Positions 36,631 through 47,400 of a DNA stretch of 64,000 nucleotides are shown one piece after another. The stretch spans positions 32,001-96,000 of the forward strand of contig JBFXGO010000001.1 of assembly GCA_050239825.1 (NCBI GenBank). The letters run 5' to 3'. Origin of the DNA: a bacterium. Lineage in GTDB: Bacteria; Hydrothermota; 32-111. The notes under the pieces are model-generated. The model was not told the DNA's origin. It saw only the letters and a program-made list of their open reading frames with translations, and searched no databases. The position numbers and the translations under genes are program-made. Position 1 is the stretch's first letter. Each line of letters begins with the position of its first letter.

Positions 36631-38490
36631 ATGAAAAGATTAAAGGAATTAACAGTGCTGTTAGTACTACTGACAGCACTGGTTGTACAGACAGAAGATT
36701 TTCAGATAAGACAGACTCTTGATGTAGGAAATGGCAGTCCGTCAGATTTTATAAGCGTAAAGTATATGCAATTGAAAAATAATGAATTTGTGTTAAATTA
36801 TATGTTACCCCCTTTATATAGTTACAACTCAAACATATACTATTATGATACTACTTCAAATTGGTTTGACACAATAGCAACGTTTGCCGATGGTTATATT
36901 TTTTATTCAGGGGATTATGATCTAGATGGTAAATTGGATTTACTTGGTATGACAGTTATTGATTCAAGTGCAATATCAATAATTGAGCAGTCTGACACAG
37001 ATAGTATTCATAAAGAGATAACATGGACATGTGGCGATTCTACGTTTCCCGGGGAGTTTCACACGCTTGGTTCAACTAAGCTGATAAAGAATGACGGCGT
37101 AGACAGAATATACGGAGCCCCTAATCCATACACAACAGTAAGCGAGTCATACGGTTGGTTCTATATGGAGAGCGACAGCGATAACAGCTACTATTTTGCA
37201 TATGAGGATACATTCAATAGAAAAGTTTATGTAATGGATATCGGATACTTAGATAAAGACAGTATGCTTGATGTAATAACAATGACACATCTTGGACATA
37301 AAGTGTACGAATCAAAAGATATGAACCAAGATTCGTTTGTATCAGTATTTGACACAACAAAGGGTGGTTCACAATATTTAAAAATAATAGGTGATATAGA
37401 CAAAGATGGTAATACAGATTATATTACGGGTGGGTTGGCATTTGCCCAGTCACCTGCGGAGTGGGCACATATAATATTTGAAAATGATGCAGATAATCAT
37501 TATTATACGAAGTGGGATCACCGAATCCAGAAGGACTACGGACCAGAAAGCGCATCATTCAGCGGCTGCGGAGGGGACTATGGCGACATAGACGGAGACG
37601 GACAAGATGAATTGGTGCTTTGCGCGGGTAGCATAATAGAGGTGTTTGAGGTGGCAGGAGATGACAGCTTTGAGATGATATGGAGCATGGACAATGACAC
37701 ATTCTCAGGGAGCCATGTATTGGTATATGACTTCACGGGCAATGGCAGAGCTGAAATAATCTGGACAGGCCAGTCAGACCCCCAGCTGCCATTGACTTAT
37801 GATATGGAGGTAATGAAGACATACATAATAGAATGGGATACTTTGTATGATGAAAACAAACCCACACTTGACTCGGCAGTGGCTTATGAGGGGACAGTGG
37901 TGGGAGACGGGATAGATGAGGATGATATAGTGGGCCTGTATTTTAATAGAAGCATGGATACCTGCACAGTGAACAGAGGGAACATAGATGAAGTATTGAA
38001 ACTGAGCAATAGCCATACATGGCTTGACGGGATAGACAGCTTGGGAGCGGTGTGGTGGAACACAGCGAGGGACAGGATGTTTATAAAGTTTAAGACGAAT
38101 ACAGATAAACCTACGATAGCAGTAGGAGATACAATAAGCCCTGATAGTATAACCATAAACGGGAGCGAGCCATACAGATACCCTTGCTATAATGAGGTGA
38201 TACTCAGAGGCGACTTTGGGCCGACAGGGACGGAAGAAAGCCGTGAGATAAAAGATGTTGCAGAGTTACAGAGTATCAGAGTAACAGGTTGTAAGACAAT
38301 AGAGTGGAATACAAATGAAGAAGCAACATTAACAGTTTATGACATATCAGGAAGAGAATTAATTAAAGAGGAATCAGAGACAACAGGCGAACACAAGACA
38401 GACATCAAACACTTGAAGAATGGGATATACTTTATAAAATTGAAAACAGAAAAAAACACAATTACAACAAAACAATTAATAATAAGGTGA
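36631..38490 (+). CDS. Secreted FG-GAP/VCBS-like repeat protein with T9SS-type tail
   Basis: Signal peptide; GDYDLDGKLD, GDIDKDGNTD, GDIDGDGQDE and DFTGNGRAE motifs; VYDISGR...NGIYF tail. Confidence 0.85.
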   Translation: MKRLKELTVLLVLLTALVVQTEDFQIRQTLDVGNGSPSDFISVKYMQLKNNEFVLNYMLPPLYSYNSNIYYYDTTSNWFDTIATFADGYIFYSGDYDLDGKLDLLGMTVIDSSAISIIEQSDTDSIHKEITWTCGDSTFPGEFHTLGSTKLIKNDGVDRIYGAPNPYTTVSESYGWFYMESDSDNSYYFAYEDTFNRKVYVMDIGYLDKDSMLDVITMTHLGHKVYESKDMNQDSFVSVFDTTKGGSQYLKIIGDIDKDGNTDYITGGLAFAQSPAEWAHIIFENDADNHYYTKWDHRIQKDYGPESASFSGCGGDYGDIDGDGQDELVLCAGSIIEVFEVAGDDSFEMIWSMDNDTFSGSHVLVYDFTGNGRAEIIWTGQSDPQLPLTYDMEVMKTYIIEWDTLYDENKPTLDSAVAYEGTVVGDGIDEDDIVGLYFNRSMDTCTVNRGNIDEVLKLSNSHTWLDGIDSLGAVWWNTARDRMFIKFKTNTDKPTIAVGDTISPDSITINGSEPYRYPCYNEVILRGDFGPTGTEESREIKDVAELQSIRVTGCKTIEWNTNEEATLTVYDISGRELIKEESETTGEHKTDIKHLKNGIYFIKLKTEKNTITTKQLIIR

Positions 38491-38497
38491 TAAACAA

Positions 38498-38916
38498 ATG
38501 AAATGTCAATTAAAGAATTCAAGTGTTGTAGTAAGCATAGACAGGAAGATGGGCAACCCAGACAGGGTTGCAGAGATGGAGATACGGAAGTATGATGAAG
38601 TGACAAATGTGTCAATACTCGGAAGTGCCATGGTTAAAATGATTACAGAGAAGAAGGGAATAAAAGAGCATGTGAAGATAAAGACAATGAGCAAAGGCCT
38701 GATAGAGATGACAATAGAAGGAGACAGCGGCGGGAATCTTGAGATGGAGATATATGATTTCGCGGCAGAAGGACAATGAAAGAGGCTTTCAAAAATCTAA
38801 AAAACGGATATAATGAAATGAGTATGGATGCAAATGAATTGTCGGCGGGTATTTACTTTTATAAAGTAAGCACTGGAAACAGTATGTATGAAGGAAAAAT
38901 AACTTTGATTAAGTGA
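38498..38916 (+). pseudogene. Second orphan T9SS-type tail fragment, frameshifted
   Basis: A shift near 38760 joins EIYD to RGRRTMK...LSAGIYFYKVSTGNSMYEGKITLIK*. Confidence 0.7.
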
Positions 38917-38950
38917 ATAATTATAAGCAGATGGAAAATAAATTATAAAA

Positions 38951-40735
38951 ATGAAAAGCAAAAACGGCATCATCATCATTATCGGATTTATTGTCCTCGC
39001 CCTTCTTACTCTTGCGCTTATGACGAGCATCATCCTCGATTACAAGGGCAGAATGAGGAACATTACAGATAACTACATACGGCTTGGCAATTCCTTGTCA
39101 CAAACCATATCCATGACATACTCTTTCAGCGACTCAATATCATACAAGCTTGAGGATTTCATCTATGAAAACATGACAAATGAACTTTTCACACACAAAG
39201 AGAAATACAGCATGGCCGAGGATATGCCGTTTATTGTTAATGACACACTCTCTCAGGGGTTTTACTTTTCACCAAAGAGCAATGACGAATATTATGCCGT
39301 GACTCTCTTTGAAAACAGGAATGTCTATGAAATAAAAAGGATAAAAAAGGATTTGACGGGAATATCTCTTGGAGGAGGCATCGGACAGTACATCAAAAAT
39401 CTTGAATGGCTCTCTTCTGTCGAGTATGTCGCGATACAGGACATGAATGGAATCCTGACAGCCACGGGAAATGTGTCGGAACTTTCAGCGATATATTTGG
39501 ACTCAATGCTCCTGTTTGCCATGGTCGAACATGAGCCGATTTTGAGGGAGAGTGATTTCAACGGGCAGACAATAAGAGAGTATGTGCATCCTATAGAGAA
39601 TACGGATAAACTATTAAGGATAGGCTTCAAGAATGCAGATATTGAAAGCGCAGTGAGGTCGCAGAAGAGAGTCCTATTTACAGGAATGCTTATGGTCATA
39701 CTCTTCTCTTCGTTTGCTTTTTTTATGTTTTTTTACTACTACAAGGCGCTTTCCCTTTCAGGCAAAATAATAGAGAGGGAGAGAAGACTCTCAAGCATCT
39801 TCAAAATAACAAAGGATCCCATGATAGTCAAAGGAAACGCAGGCATAGAGATGAATAAAGCCGCAGAAGAAATATTCAAAACCAAGGAAGAATTGATCGG
39901 AAATGAAAAGCTTATGGCCATTCTCTCATCAGAGAGAGAGAGAATAAACGAACCGGTGGTGATTGATAACAGAAAGATGCTGGCTTCCGCAGTACACTCC
40001 GATGACAAAATGGAATCAATACTTATACTAAACGATATTACGGAGATAGAGAACCTTAAAGAAGAGAATGAGAAAAAGGAGAGGCGCTCAATGCTTGGAG
40101 AGTTGTCATTTAAGATAGCGCACGAGCTTAAAAATCCGCTTAACGGAATTTCGATTATACTTCAGAGGATTTCAAGAAGAGATACAGTAACTGAAGAAGA
40201 GAAGGAGATGCTGAAAGAAGCATTCAATGAAGTTGAGAGGATGAACAAAAAAATAGTGGATTTCATGAGGTACTCTAAACCGGGCGAGTACAGGTTTGAA
40301 AAAGCAAAACTCGAATACTTGGCGCGCAATGCAGGCGAGCCTCTGAAGCCGATGCTTGACGAGAAGAATATTATTCTTGAAATAAAGCAATTTAATGAAG
40401 AGGAGACTGTCTGCGACATTGACTACATGATAATGGCAATAAGAAACATAATCCTGAATTCTATCGAGGCGTCAGAGAAAAATTCAAAAATTGAAGTGTA
40501 TCCCGCAGAAAACAAAAGAGGGATAACAGTAAGGGATTACGGCTGCGGCATCAAGAAAGAGAATCTGGAAAGAATCTTTGACCTTTATTTTACAACAAAG
40601 GAGAACGGAAGCGGAGTGGGGCTTGCCACGGCATTCAAGATAATAAAGGAGAATGGAGGCGGGATAGATATAGAATCAAGAGAAGGAGAGGGCACAAAGG
40701 CGACAGTATATTTCAAGGAGATGAATAATGGCTGA
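38951..40735 (+). CDS. Membrane sensor histidine kinase (NtrB/ZraS-like)
   Basis: Two TM segments; AHELKNPL, NIILNSIEA, DYGCGI and FTTKENGSGVGL motifs. Confidence 0.92.
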   Translation: MKSKNGIIIIIGFIVLALLTLALMTSIILDYKGRMRNITDNYIRLGNSLSQTISMTYSFSDSISYKLEDFIYENMTNELFTHKEKYSMAEDMPFIVNDTLSQGFYFSPKSNDEYYAVTLFENRNVYEIKRIKKDLTGISLGGGIGQYIKNLEWLSSVEYVAIQDMNGILTATGNVSELSAIYLDSMLLFAMVEHEPILRESDFNGQTIREYVHPIENTDKLLRIGFKNADIESAVRSQKRVLFTGMLMVILFSSFAFFMFFYYYKALSLSGKIIERERRLSSIFKITKDPMIVKGNAGIEMNKAAEEIFKTKEELIGNEKLMAILSSERERINEPVVIDNRKMLASAVHSDDKMESILILNDITEIENLKEENEKKERRSMLGELSFKIAHELKNPLNGISIILQRISRRDTVTEEEKEMLKEAFNEVERMNKKIVDFMRYSKPGEYRFEKAKLEYLARNAGEPLKPMLDEKNIILEIKQFNEEETVCDIDYMIMAIRNIILNSIEASEKNSKIEVYPAENKRGITVRDYGCGIKKENLERIFDLYFTTKENGSGVGLATAFKIIKENGGGIDIESREGEGTKATVYFKEMNNG

Positions 40736-42062
40736 TATCTTGGTGATTGATGATGAAAATGTGCAGAGAAAGAATATAGCGGAATTTTTAAAGTCCGTAG
40801 GACACAATGTCTCTCAATCTGACGGAGTCGCCCGGACAAAGGCGATACTGAAAGAGCAGGAGTTTGATATTGTAATTTCGGACATGAGGATGAAGGATGG
40901 GAGCGGAAAGGATATACTTGATTTTATGAAAGAGGTGAAATCAAAAGCATTCTTCATTCTCGTCACCGCATATGCCTCTGTCGAAGATTCAATCTATGTG
41001 CTTAAAAACGGAGGTTACGACTATATACAGAAACCGGTCAATTTGGATGACCTTGAAAGGAAGGTGACGAACATCAGCGGAATGATAACGGCAAATGACG
41101 AACTTTCGCTTCTTAAGAATGAAAAGAAAATTGAAGAGAGAGAAATTCTCTTTTTGTCCGAAAAGATGAAGAATGTCATCGATATGGCAGAGAGAGTCGC
41201 GGATACAAAAGCGCCTGTTATGATATTCGGAGAATCGGGAACGGGAAAGGAGCTTGTGGCTCGTCTTCTGCACGAAAAGAGTTCGAGAAAAAATAATATA
41301 TTTGTCGGTGTAAACTGCGGCGCATTGAATGAAAACCTGCTTGAGAGCGAACTTTTCGGATATGAGAAGGGAGCATTCACAGGAGCGCAGGAGAGGAGAA
41401 AGGGCAGATTCGAGATAGCCAACAAGGGAACGATATTCCTTGACGAAGTGGGAGACATCTCTCTTAACATGCAAGTCAAACTGCTCAGAGTGCTTCAAGA
41501 GGGAGAATTCGAAAGGGTAGGCGGCAACACACCCATCAAAACAGATGTAAGGATAATAACTGCGACCCACAGAAACATTGAGCAGATGATGAAGGATAAA
41601 TTGTTCAGAGAGGACCTTTACTTCCGTCTGAATGTGGTCAGCCTTGAAATCCCGAAGTTGTCTGAAAGAAAAGAAGACATAATGCTTCTGTCAGAGCATT
41701 TTTTGAAAGTATACTGCGCGGAAAATCAGAGGAAAATTTCCGGCTTTTCCAAGAGGGCAACAGAGAAACTTATGGAGTATGATTATCCGGGAAATGTGAG
41801 GGAGCTTCAGAATATAGTCCAGAGAGCCGTAATACTTTCTAAAGGAATTGAAATTGAAGATGATGATATTGTCATAAAACACATGCCGGCTCCAGTTGAA
41901 ACCGGTGAAGGCTCTCTTGAAGATATGGTGGAAAGAATGGAAAAGAAAAGGATAGCCGAATCACTGAAAAAGAATTTAAATTCGGTCAGAAAAACTGCGG
42001 AGGAATTGAAGGTCACAGAGAGAGTTTTAAGATATAAGATGGAAAAATACAATCTAAACTGA
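40728..42062 (+). CDS. Sigma54-dependent response regulator (NtrC/ZraR family)
   Basis: Receiver domain, [21 protein letters not shown] and a C-terminal HTH. Confidence 0.93.
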   Translation: MADILVIDDENVQRKNIAEFLKSVGHNVSQSDGVARTKAILKEQEFDIVISDMRMKDGSGKDILDFMKEVKSKAFFILVTAYASVEDSIYVLKNGGYDYIQKPVNLDDLERKVTNISGMITANDELSLLKNEKKIEEREILFLSEKMKNVIDMAERVADTKAPVMIFGESGTGKELVARLLHEKSSRKNNIFVGVNCGALNENLLESELFGYEKGAFTGAQERRKGRFEIANKGTIFLDEVGDISLNMQVKLLRVLQEGEFERVGGNTPIKTDVRIITATHRNIEQMMKDKLFREDLYFRLNVVSLEIPKLSERKEDIMLLSEHFLKVYCAENQRKISGFSKRATEKLMEYDYPGNVRELQNIVQRAVILSKGIEIEDDDIVIKHMPAPVETGEGSLEDMVERMEKKRIAESLKKNLNSVRKTAEELKVTERVLRYKMEKYNLN

Positions 42063-42071
42063 GAGGAGAAT

Positions 42072-42632
42072 ATGAAAATCGGCTTAACGGCTCTTGTTCT
42101 TGCAATTGTGTTTTATGTTGTTTATCTTTTCAACAAGCTTGTAAGGCAGAAGAATTTTGTTAAAGAGGCATGGAGCGGCATCGATGTTCAACTAAAGAGG
42201 CGATATAGTCTAATACCAAATCTTGTGGAGACAGTCAGAGCATACACAAAGTATGAGGGTACTGTTCTTGAAGAGATTACAAAGATTCGGCAGAAGTGCG
42301 TAGATGCTTCAAATGTAAAGGAGCAGAGCGAAGCGGAGGTGATGCTGTCATCCGGATTCAAACAGTTCTTCGCTCTTGCCGAGGCGTATCCCGACCTTAA
42401 AGCGAACAGCCAGTTTATAAACCTGCAGAAGAATCTTATTGAAATAGAGGATGCAATACAATATGCACGAAGATATTACAATGGCACTGTGAGGGATTTT
42501 AACATACTCACAGAATCGTTTCCTTCAAATATTATTGCATTATTGTTCAATTATAAAAGCAAAGATTACTTTGAAATTACTTCCTCGACAGAAAGGGAGA
42601 ATGTTTCAGCGGATGTAAAAGCGGGTAATTGA
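42072..42632 (+). CDS. lemA: LemA family protein
   Basis: AWSGIDVQLKRRYSLIPNLVETV, AEAYPDLKA, ARRYYN and FPSN motifs. Confidence 0.93.
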   Translation: MKIGLTALVLAIVFYVVYLFNKLVRQKNFVKEAWSGIDVQLKRRYSLIPNLVETVRAYTKYEGTVLEEITKIRQKCVDASNVKEQSEAEVMLSSGFKQFFALAEAYPDLKANSQFINLQKNLIEIEDAIQYARRYYNGTVRDFNILTESFPSNIIALLFNYKSKDYFEITSSTERENVSADVKAGN

Positions 42633-42816
42633 GAAGGTACGTTCTTCTTCTGATATTTGCTTCAGTTTTTCTTTTCTGTCAGGATTCACAGGATAGTTTG
42701 TCATTGCAGGAAGAGAGAATTACATCCTTCCTGTCCGATGTGGTAATAAGAGAGGACGGAGTGCTTGAGGTAACCGAAACAATACGAGTTTACGAGGCGG
42801 AGGATGGTGAGATGGT
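42629..42816 (+). pseudogene. DUF2207-like membrane protein, truncated 5' fragment
   Basis: Signal peptide plus ERITSFLSDVVIREDGVLEVTETIRV; follows lemA as is usual. The ORF continues into repeat DNA and stops at 42910. Confidence 0.75.
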
Positions 42817-43966
42817 AAGACAAAATCTTACTCAACAGTGTCACCCTGAACTATTCAGTAGTTATGACTATCGTGAAGGGTCTATCAGTTTATTGTTAAT
42901 TGATTATTGAAGATTGAGCTGGGGCTACACGCGGGTGTAGCGTCGGCTCACACACTCCGCTTCGCCGCTTTATCAAGATGGGATAGCGGAGCAAGGGGAC
43001 AACCACTTGATGGGCGTCTGCGCAGAGCGTCCTCGCCGACTTGTAGCTTTCGTGTATCAATAAGTTATTTAATTGATTGAATCTTCACAAAGCATTGGCG
43101 CGGGTGTAATGTGCGCGAACGCACATGATAGACGCTTCGGGTTGCACCAGAACTTTGTGAAAATTATTGAAAAGGCAAAATCTTAATCAAAAGCTATCCC
43201 TAGTTCAAAATCACTAGTCGCAAATCAAGAAATATGAGGGGGCTGATGAATAGCATAGCGTCGGCTCGCACACTCCGCTTCGCCGCTTAATCAAAAGCTA
43301 TCCCTAGTCCAAAATCACTAGTCGCAAATCAAGAAATATGAGGAGGCTGATGAATAGCGTAGCGTCGGCTCGCACACTCCGCTTCGCCGCTTAATCAAGA
43401 TGGGTTAGCGGAGCAAGGGGAGAACCACTTGATGGGCGTCTGCGCGGAGCGTCCTCGCCGACTTGTAGCTTTCACTTTCAATAAGTTAATTAATTGATTG
43501 TCCTCATGAGAAGCATTGAAAAGACGAGCGCTGTGGACAGGCTTCTCATTCGGAATTGTAAAGACAAAATCTTACTCAACAGTGTCACCCTGAACTATTC
43601 AGTAGTTATGACTATCGTGAAGGGTCTATCAGTTTATTGTTAATTGATTATTGAAGATTGAGCTGGGGCTACACGCGGGTGTAGCGTCGGCTCACACACT
43701 CCGCTTCGCCGCTTAATCAAGATGGGATAGCGGAGCAAGGGGAGAACCACTTGATGGGCGTCTTCGCGGAGCGTCCTCGCCGACTTGTAGCTTACGTGTA
43801 TCAATAAGTTAATTAATTGATTGTCCTCATGAGAAGCATTGAAAAGACGAGCGCTGTGGACAGGCTTCTCATTCGGAACTGTAAAGACAAGTCATTTAAT
43901 CATCTGTCCTATTGTATTTAAACTCGCAACCCGTAACTAGAAATGGAATTATCTATCAGTTTATTG
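42817..43966. repeat. Non-coding mosaic of palindromic modules (REP/BIME-like)
   Basis: 263-bp direct repeat 42817-43079/43561-43823; 104-bp tandem duplication 43182-43389; 112-bp unit x3 (42938, 43360, 43682); 90-bp unit x2 (43478, 43801). Confidence 0.9.
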
Positions 43967-44060
43967 GTTATTCGCTGTAAAGTGTCAAAATGCTCTGTTT
44001 AAGCGGAGTTCGGATGATATGTGGCATTTTACCATATTTGAAAAAAAGATACCGCCCCCC

Positions 44061-44089
44061 TTGATTTTTGTAATACAATGGTGTATAAT
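44061..44089 (+). promoter_or_regulatory. Sigma70-like promoter upstream of the small basic protein
   Basis: TTGATT-N17-TATAAT. Confidence 0.45.
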
Positions 44090-44252
44090 TAAGTTATATG
44101 AATTATGAAGGTTACGGGAAATTAGTAAAAAAAGCGAAAAAATTATACTATATAAATATATATAAACACAGACAAAAGGATATAAACTGATGTTTAGCTA
44201 TTTTGAATCATCGTTAATTGAAAAGATCACAAATCTCAAGAAAGGAGGCACT

Positions 44253-44369
44253 ATGCCAACGAAAAAAGAGTGCACATGCGGATGCAAGACAGCGAAGAAA
44301 GCTGCAACGAAAAAAGCAGCAGCAAAGAAGACTGTAAAGAAAGCAGTCAAAAAGACCGCAAAGAAGTAA
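44253..44369 (+). CDS. 38-aa Lys/Ala-rich histone-H1-like small protein with CxCxC (missing from ORF track)
   Basis: AAGGAGG SD; MPTKKECTCGCKTAKKAATKKAAAKKTVKKAVKKTAKK*; stem-loop immediately downstream. Confidence 0.75.
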   Translation: MPTKKECTCGCKTAKKAATKKAAAKKTVKKAVKKTAKK

Positions 44370-44381
44370 GCAGATTCTTTT

Positions 44382-44412
44382 ATAGTCGGGGCTTTGAAAA
44401 GCCCCGCACTAT
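44382..44412 (+). terminator. Stem-loop, possible terminator
   Basis: CGGGGCTTT/AAAGCCCCG stem extended by ATAGT/ACTAT; weak U-tract. Confidence 0.5.
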
Positions 44413-44443
44413 TCCCCAAAAAACAAAATATAAAAAAGACAGG

Positions 44444-44471
44444 TTGATTGAATTTACTTTTGTGATATAAT
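44444..44471 (+). promoter_or_regulatory. Sigma70-like promoter (probably leaderless)
   Basis: TTGATT-N16-TATAAT with extended TG; ATG 6 nt downstream. Confidence 0.55.
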
Positions 44472-44477
44472 CTCTGA

Positions 44478-47400
44478 ATGCTGAATTTGGTGCCTGAATT
44501 TATATTAAACAAACTAAATAAAAATGAGATGAGCGGTATTGCGGAGGGTTCTGCTTTATTTGTTGATATAAAAGGATTCACGCACATGACGGAAACTCTG
44601 ATGAAGGAAAATGACAAGGGAAGCGAAATCCTGTCTGAAATAATAAATGAAATATTCCACTCACTCATTTCTCCAATACACAAATATAACGGTTTCATAG
44701 CCACATTCGCCGGAGATGCATTCACCGCTATTTTCCCGGATGATACAGGGATAAACTCCGCCGGAGCTTCAATAGATATAGTTAGAGAGATTGAAAAGAA
44801 CAGAATCAAGAAGACAGTTTTGGGGGATTTCGAGATAGCTGTAAGAATCGGCGTTTCGGCTGGAGTCATAGAATGGGCAATCGTAGGAGATGATAGTAAT
44901 CTTTCATACTATTTCAAAGGGCAGACGATAGATGATGCCGCTGAGGCAGAGGCAGAGTCTCTTCCGAATGAAATCAACCTGCATGAGTCGGTTTTAAAAA
45001 ATCTGCCGGCAGATTTTTTCCAAGAAAAAGAAAATAAATATTTTCTTTTAAAGAGCAGTAAGATAAAGAAACCTTCCTTGAAGACAGAGATAATAGAGAA
45101 TGACCATTTAACCGGAAAATTTTTCAACATCAAGCTGATGCCCGAGAAGTTTACCGGAGAGTTCCGCGACGCTTCATCTCTCTTCGTTTCATTCAGGAAT
45201 TATGACGCATTTGAAAAAATAAACTCTCTTATGAAGATGATAATAAATTATACAAGAGAATATAAAGGCTACTTCAACATGATTGATTTCGGAGATAAGG
45301 GAGCGAAGGTTGTGATACTTTTCGGAGCTCCCGTATCATTCGAAAAAAACCTTGAGAGGTCTATTGAATGCGCAAAAGCGATTGTCTCTCTCGACGAAAA
45401 GAATATAAGAGCCGCTTTAACTTACGGTAGAGTATATGCCGGCTATATCGGCTCAAGAGAAAGATGTACATACACGATACTTGGCGATAAAGTAAACATG
45501 TCTGCAAGAATTATGAGCAGTTCGCCGTACGGCGCTCTCTGGACAGAGAAACATGTGGCAGAGGAAATGAAGTGGAAGTATGTTTTTTCTGAAATAGGAG
45601 AGATTCTCTTCAAAGGGAAATCAAGAAAAGAGATGGTGTATGAGATAAAGTCAAAAAAGAATCTGAGCAGGGAGGAGACGCTTTTTGAAAATGAAATTGT
45701 TGGAAGAGAACGAGAGGTCGGCAGAATCCAGCAAATCGTGGATGAAAAACTAATGAACGGAAAATTTGGAGGAGTTGTAAACATCTATGGCGATCCGGGA
45801 GTCGGAAAATCTCGTCTGATGTTTGAAATAATGCAGAAGAATTCCGAGGTATGCACCATTGCTCTTCTCAAAAATGACGACATTTACAATAAAAGTTTTT
45901 TACCATTTGAGATATTTCTAAAGAAGCTTTTTGGTCAGATAAACAATGAGAGCGAAAAGCAGAGGAAAGATGAGTTTGAAAATTCATGGAAGCGGGTGAT
46001 TTCTGCTTCGCCCGAATGTGAAAACAAATGGACGGATGAAGAAATCAGCCACACCAAGGATATGCTGAAAGGGTTTTTGAAAATAGCGGAAAAAGATTCA
46101 CAATGGGAATCAATGGATTCCAAGCTGAAATTTGAAAATGCTGTTTTTGCCATCAAACATCTGCTTAAGATAATCTCATTGGAAAAACCTCTTATTATCT
46201 GCGTAGAAGATATCCAGTGGCAGGATAAGGAATCAAATGAGGTGTTTAAAGTTCTTGCAAGAAAGATAGAGGATTATCCGATTCTTGTAGTTACTACCTC
46301 ACGATATTCGGATGACGGCTCAAAAATTACACTGCCTGTCGAAGCGGAGTGTCCTGTGAATGAAATTACAGTTGGCCTATTTGACCTTGAGCAGAGCAGG
46401 GATTATATTTCAAAACAGCTTATATTTTCGCCATCCGAAAATCTGATAGAGAAAATTTTTCAAAAGACAGAAGGCAATCCTTTCTACATAGAACAGATAT
46501 CTTTGTATCTTATCGAGAATGAAATCCTTGAAATAAAGAATGATGAGTATTGCCTGAAAAAGGATATTGAAGATATTCCGCAAGGGATAAATGCAATAAT
46601 CATTGCGAGAATTGACAGGCTAACGAGAGAACTGAAGGAGATGGTGCAGAGCGCCGCAGTGTTGGGCAGAGAGTTTGAAATAGATGTTCTTTCGAAAATG
46701 CTTTCGGGAAGGATGGATGAAAAATCCCTTTCTGAAGGCGTCGATGAGAAAATATGGCAACCCCTAAATCAGTTGAAATATATATTCAAGCACAACATGA
46801 TGAGAGATGCGGCATACAATATGCAGTTGAAAAACAAACTGAAAGAGCTTCATCTTGTAGCGGCGAATGCTCTTGAAAGAATCCACGGAAAGGAGATGGA
46901 AAAATATGCGGATATGGCTTATCACTATGAAAAAGGCGAAGTTTTCGACAAAGCCAAATACTATTATAAAGAAACAGGAATTGAATCCAAAAATAATTTT
47001 AGAAACTATGATGCGGAAAAATATCTTCTGGCGGCATTGAAATACTCTGATGACAGGAATGAATATTTTGATCTGAACCTTGCTCTGGGGGAGGTATACT
47101 ACCAAATGGGGGAATGGGAAAAAACGAAAATTATTTACGAGAATCTTGTTTCCGGCATGAAAGAAGCGGACGATGATATCAGGAAAGCCAGAACATTTCT
47201 TGCCTATGGAGAACTTTTGTTTGAAAGAGGCGAAATAGAGATGTCCAAAGAATCTTTTAAAAAGGCGGAAGTGATTTTCCAGACCGCTCAAAACAGAGAG
47301 GGCATGACAATGGTGCTGATGGGAAGAGCTCAGACATGTTGGAGAGCGGGCGATCTTGACATCAGCAGGGAGCTGTATCAAAAGGCGCTTGATATGGCTG

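Noticed and set aside
43027..43040. HDV-like ribozyme suggested by TCCTCGC
   Set aside because: Flanking bases do not form P3, and the P1/P1.1/P2 nesting cannot be assembled on either strand.
43243..43353. Hammerhead ribozyme suggested by CTGATGA in the 104-bp duplicated module
   Set aside because: No GAAA is positioned after a stem II, and no stem III/UH junction can be built.
42817..43966. CRISPR array
   Set aside because: Intervening sequences are themselves repeated and of very unequal length; there are no unique spacers and no cas genes.
44022..44037. Sigma54 promoter for the NtrC regulator (TGGCAT)
   Set aside because: No TTGC at the -12 position.
44198..44869. 223-aa minus-strand ORF and other antisense ORFs in the track (e.g. 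13846-14346, 40989-41570, 46764-47381)
   Set aside because: They are shadows of well-supported opposite-strand genes and have no recognisable motifs.
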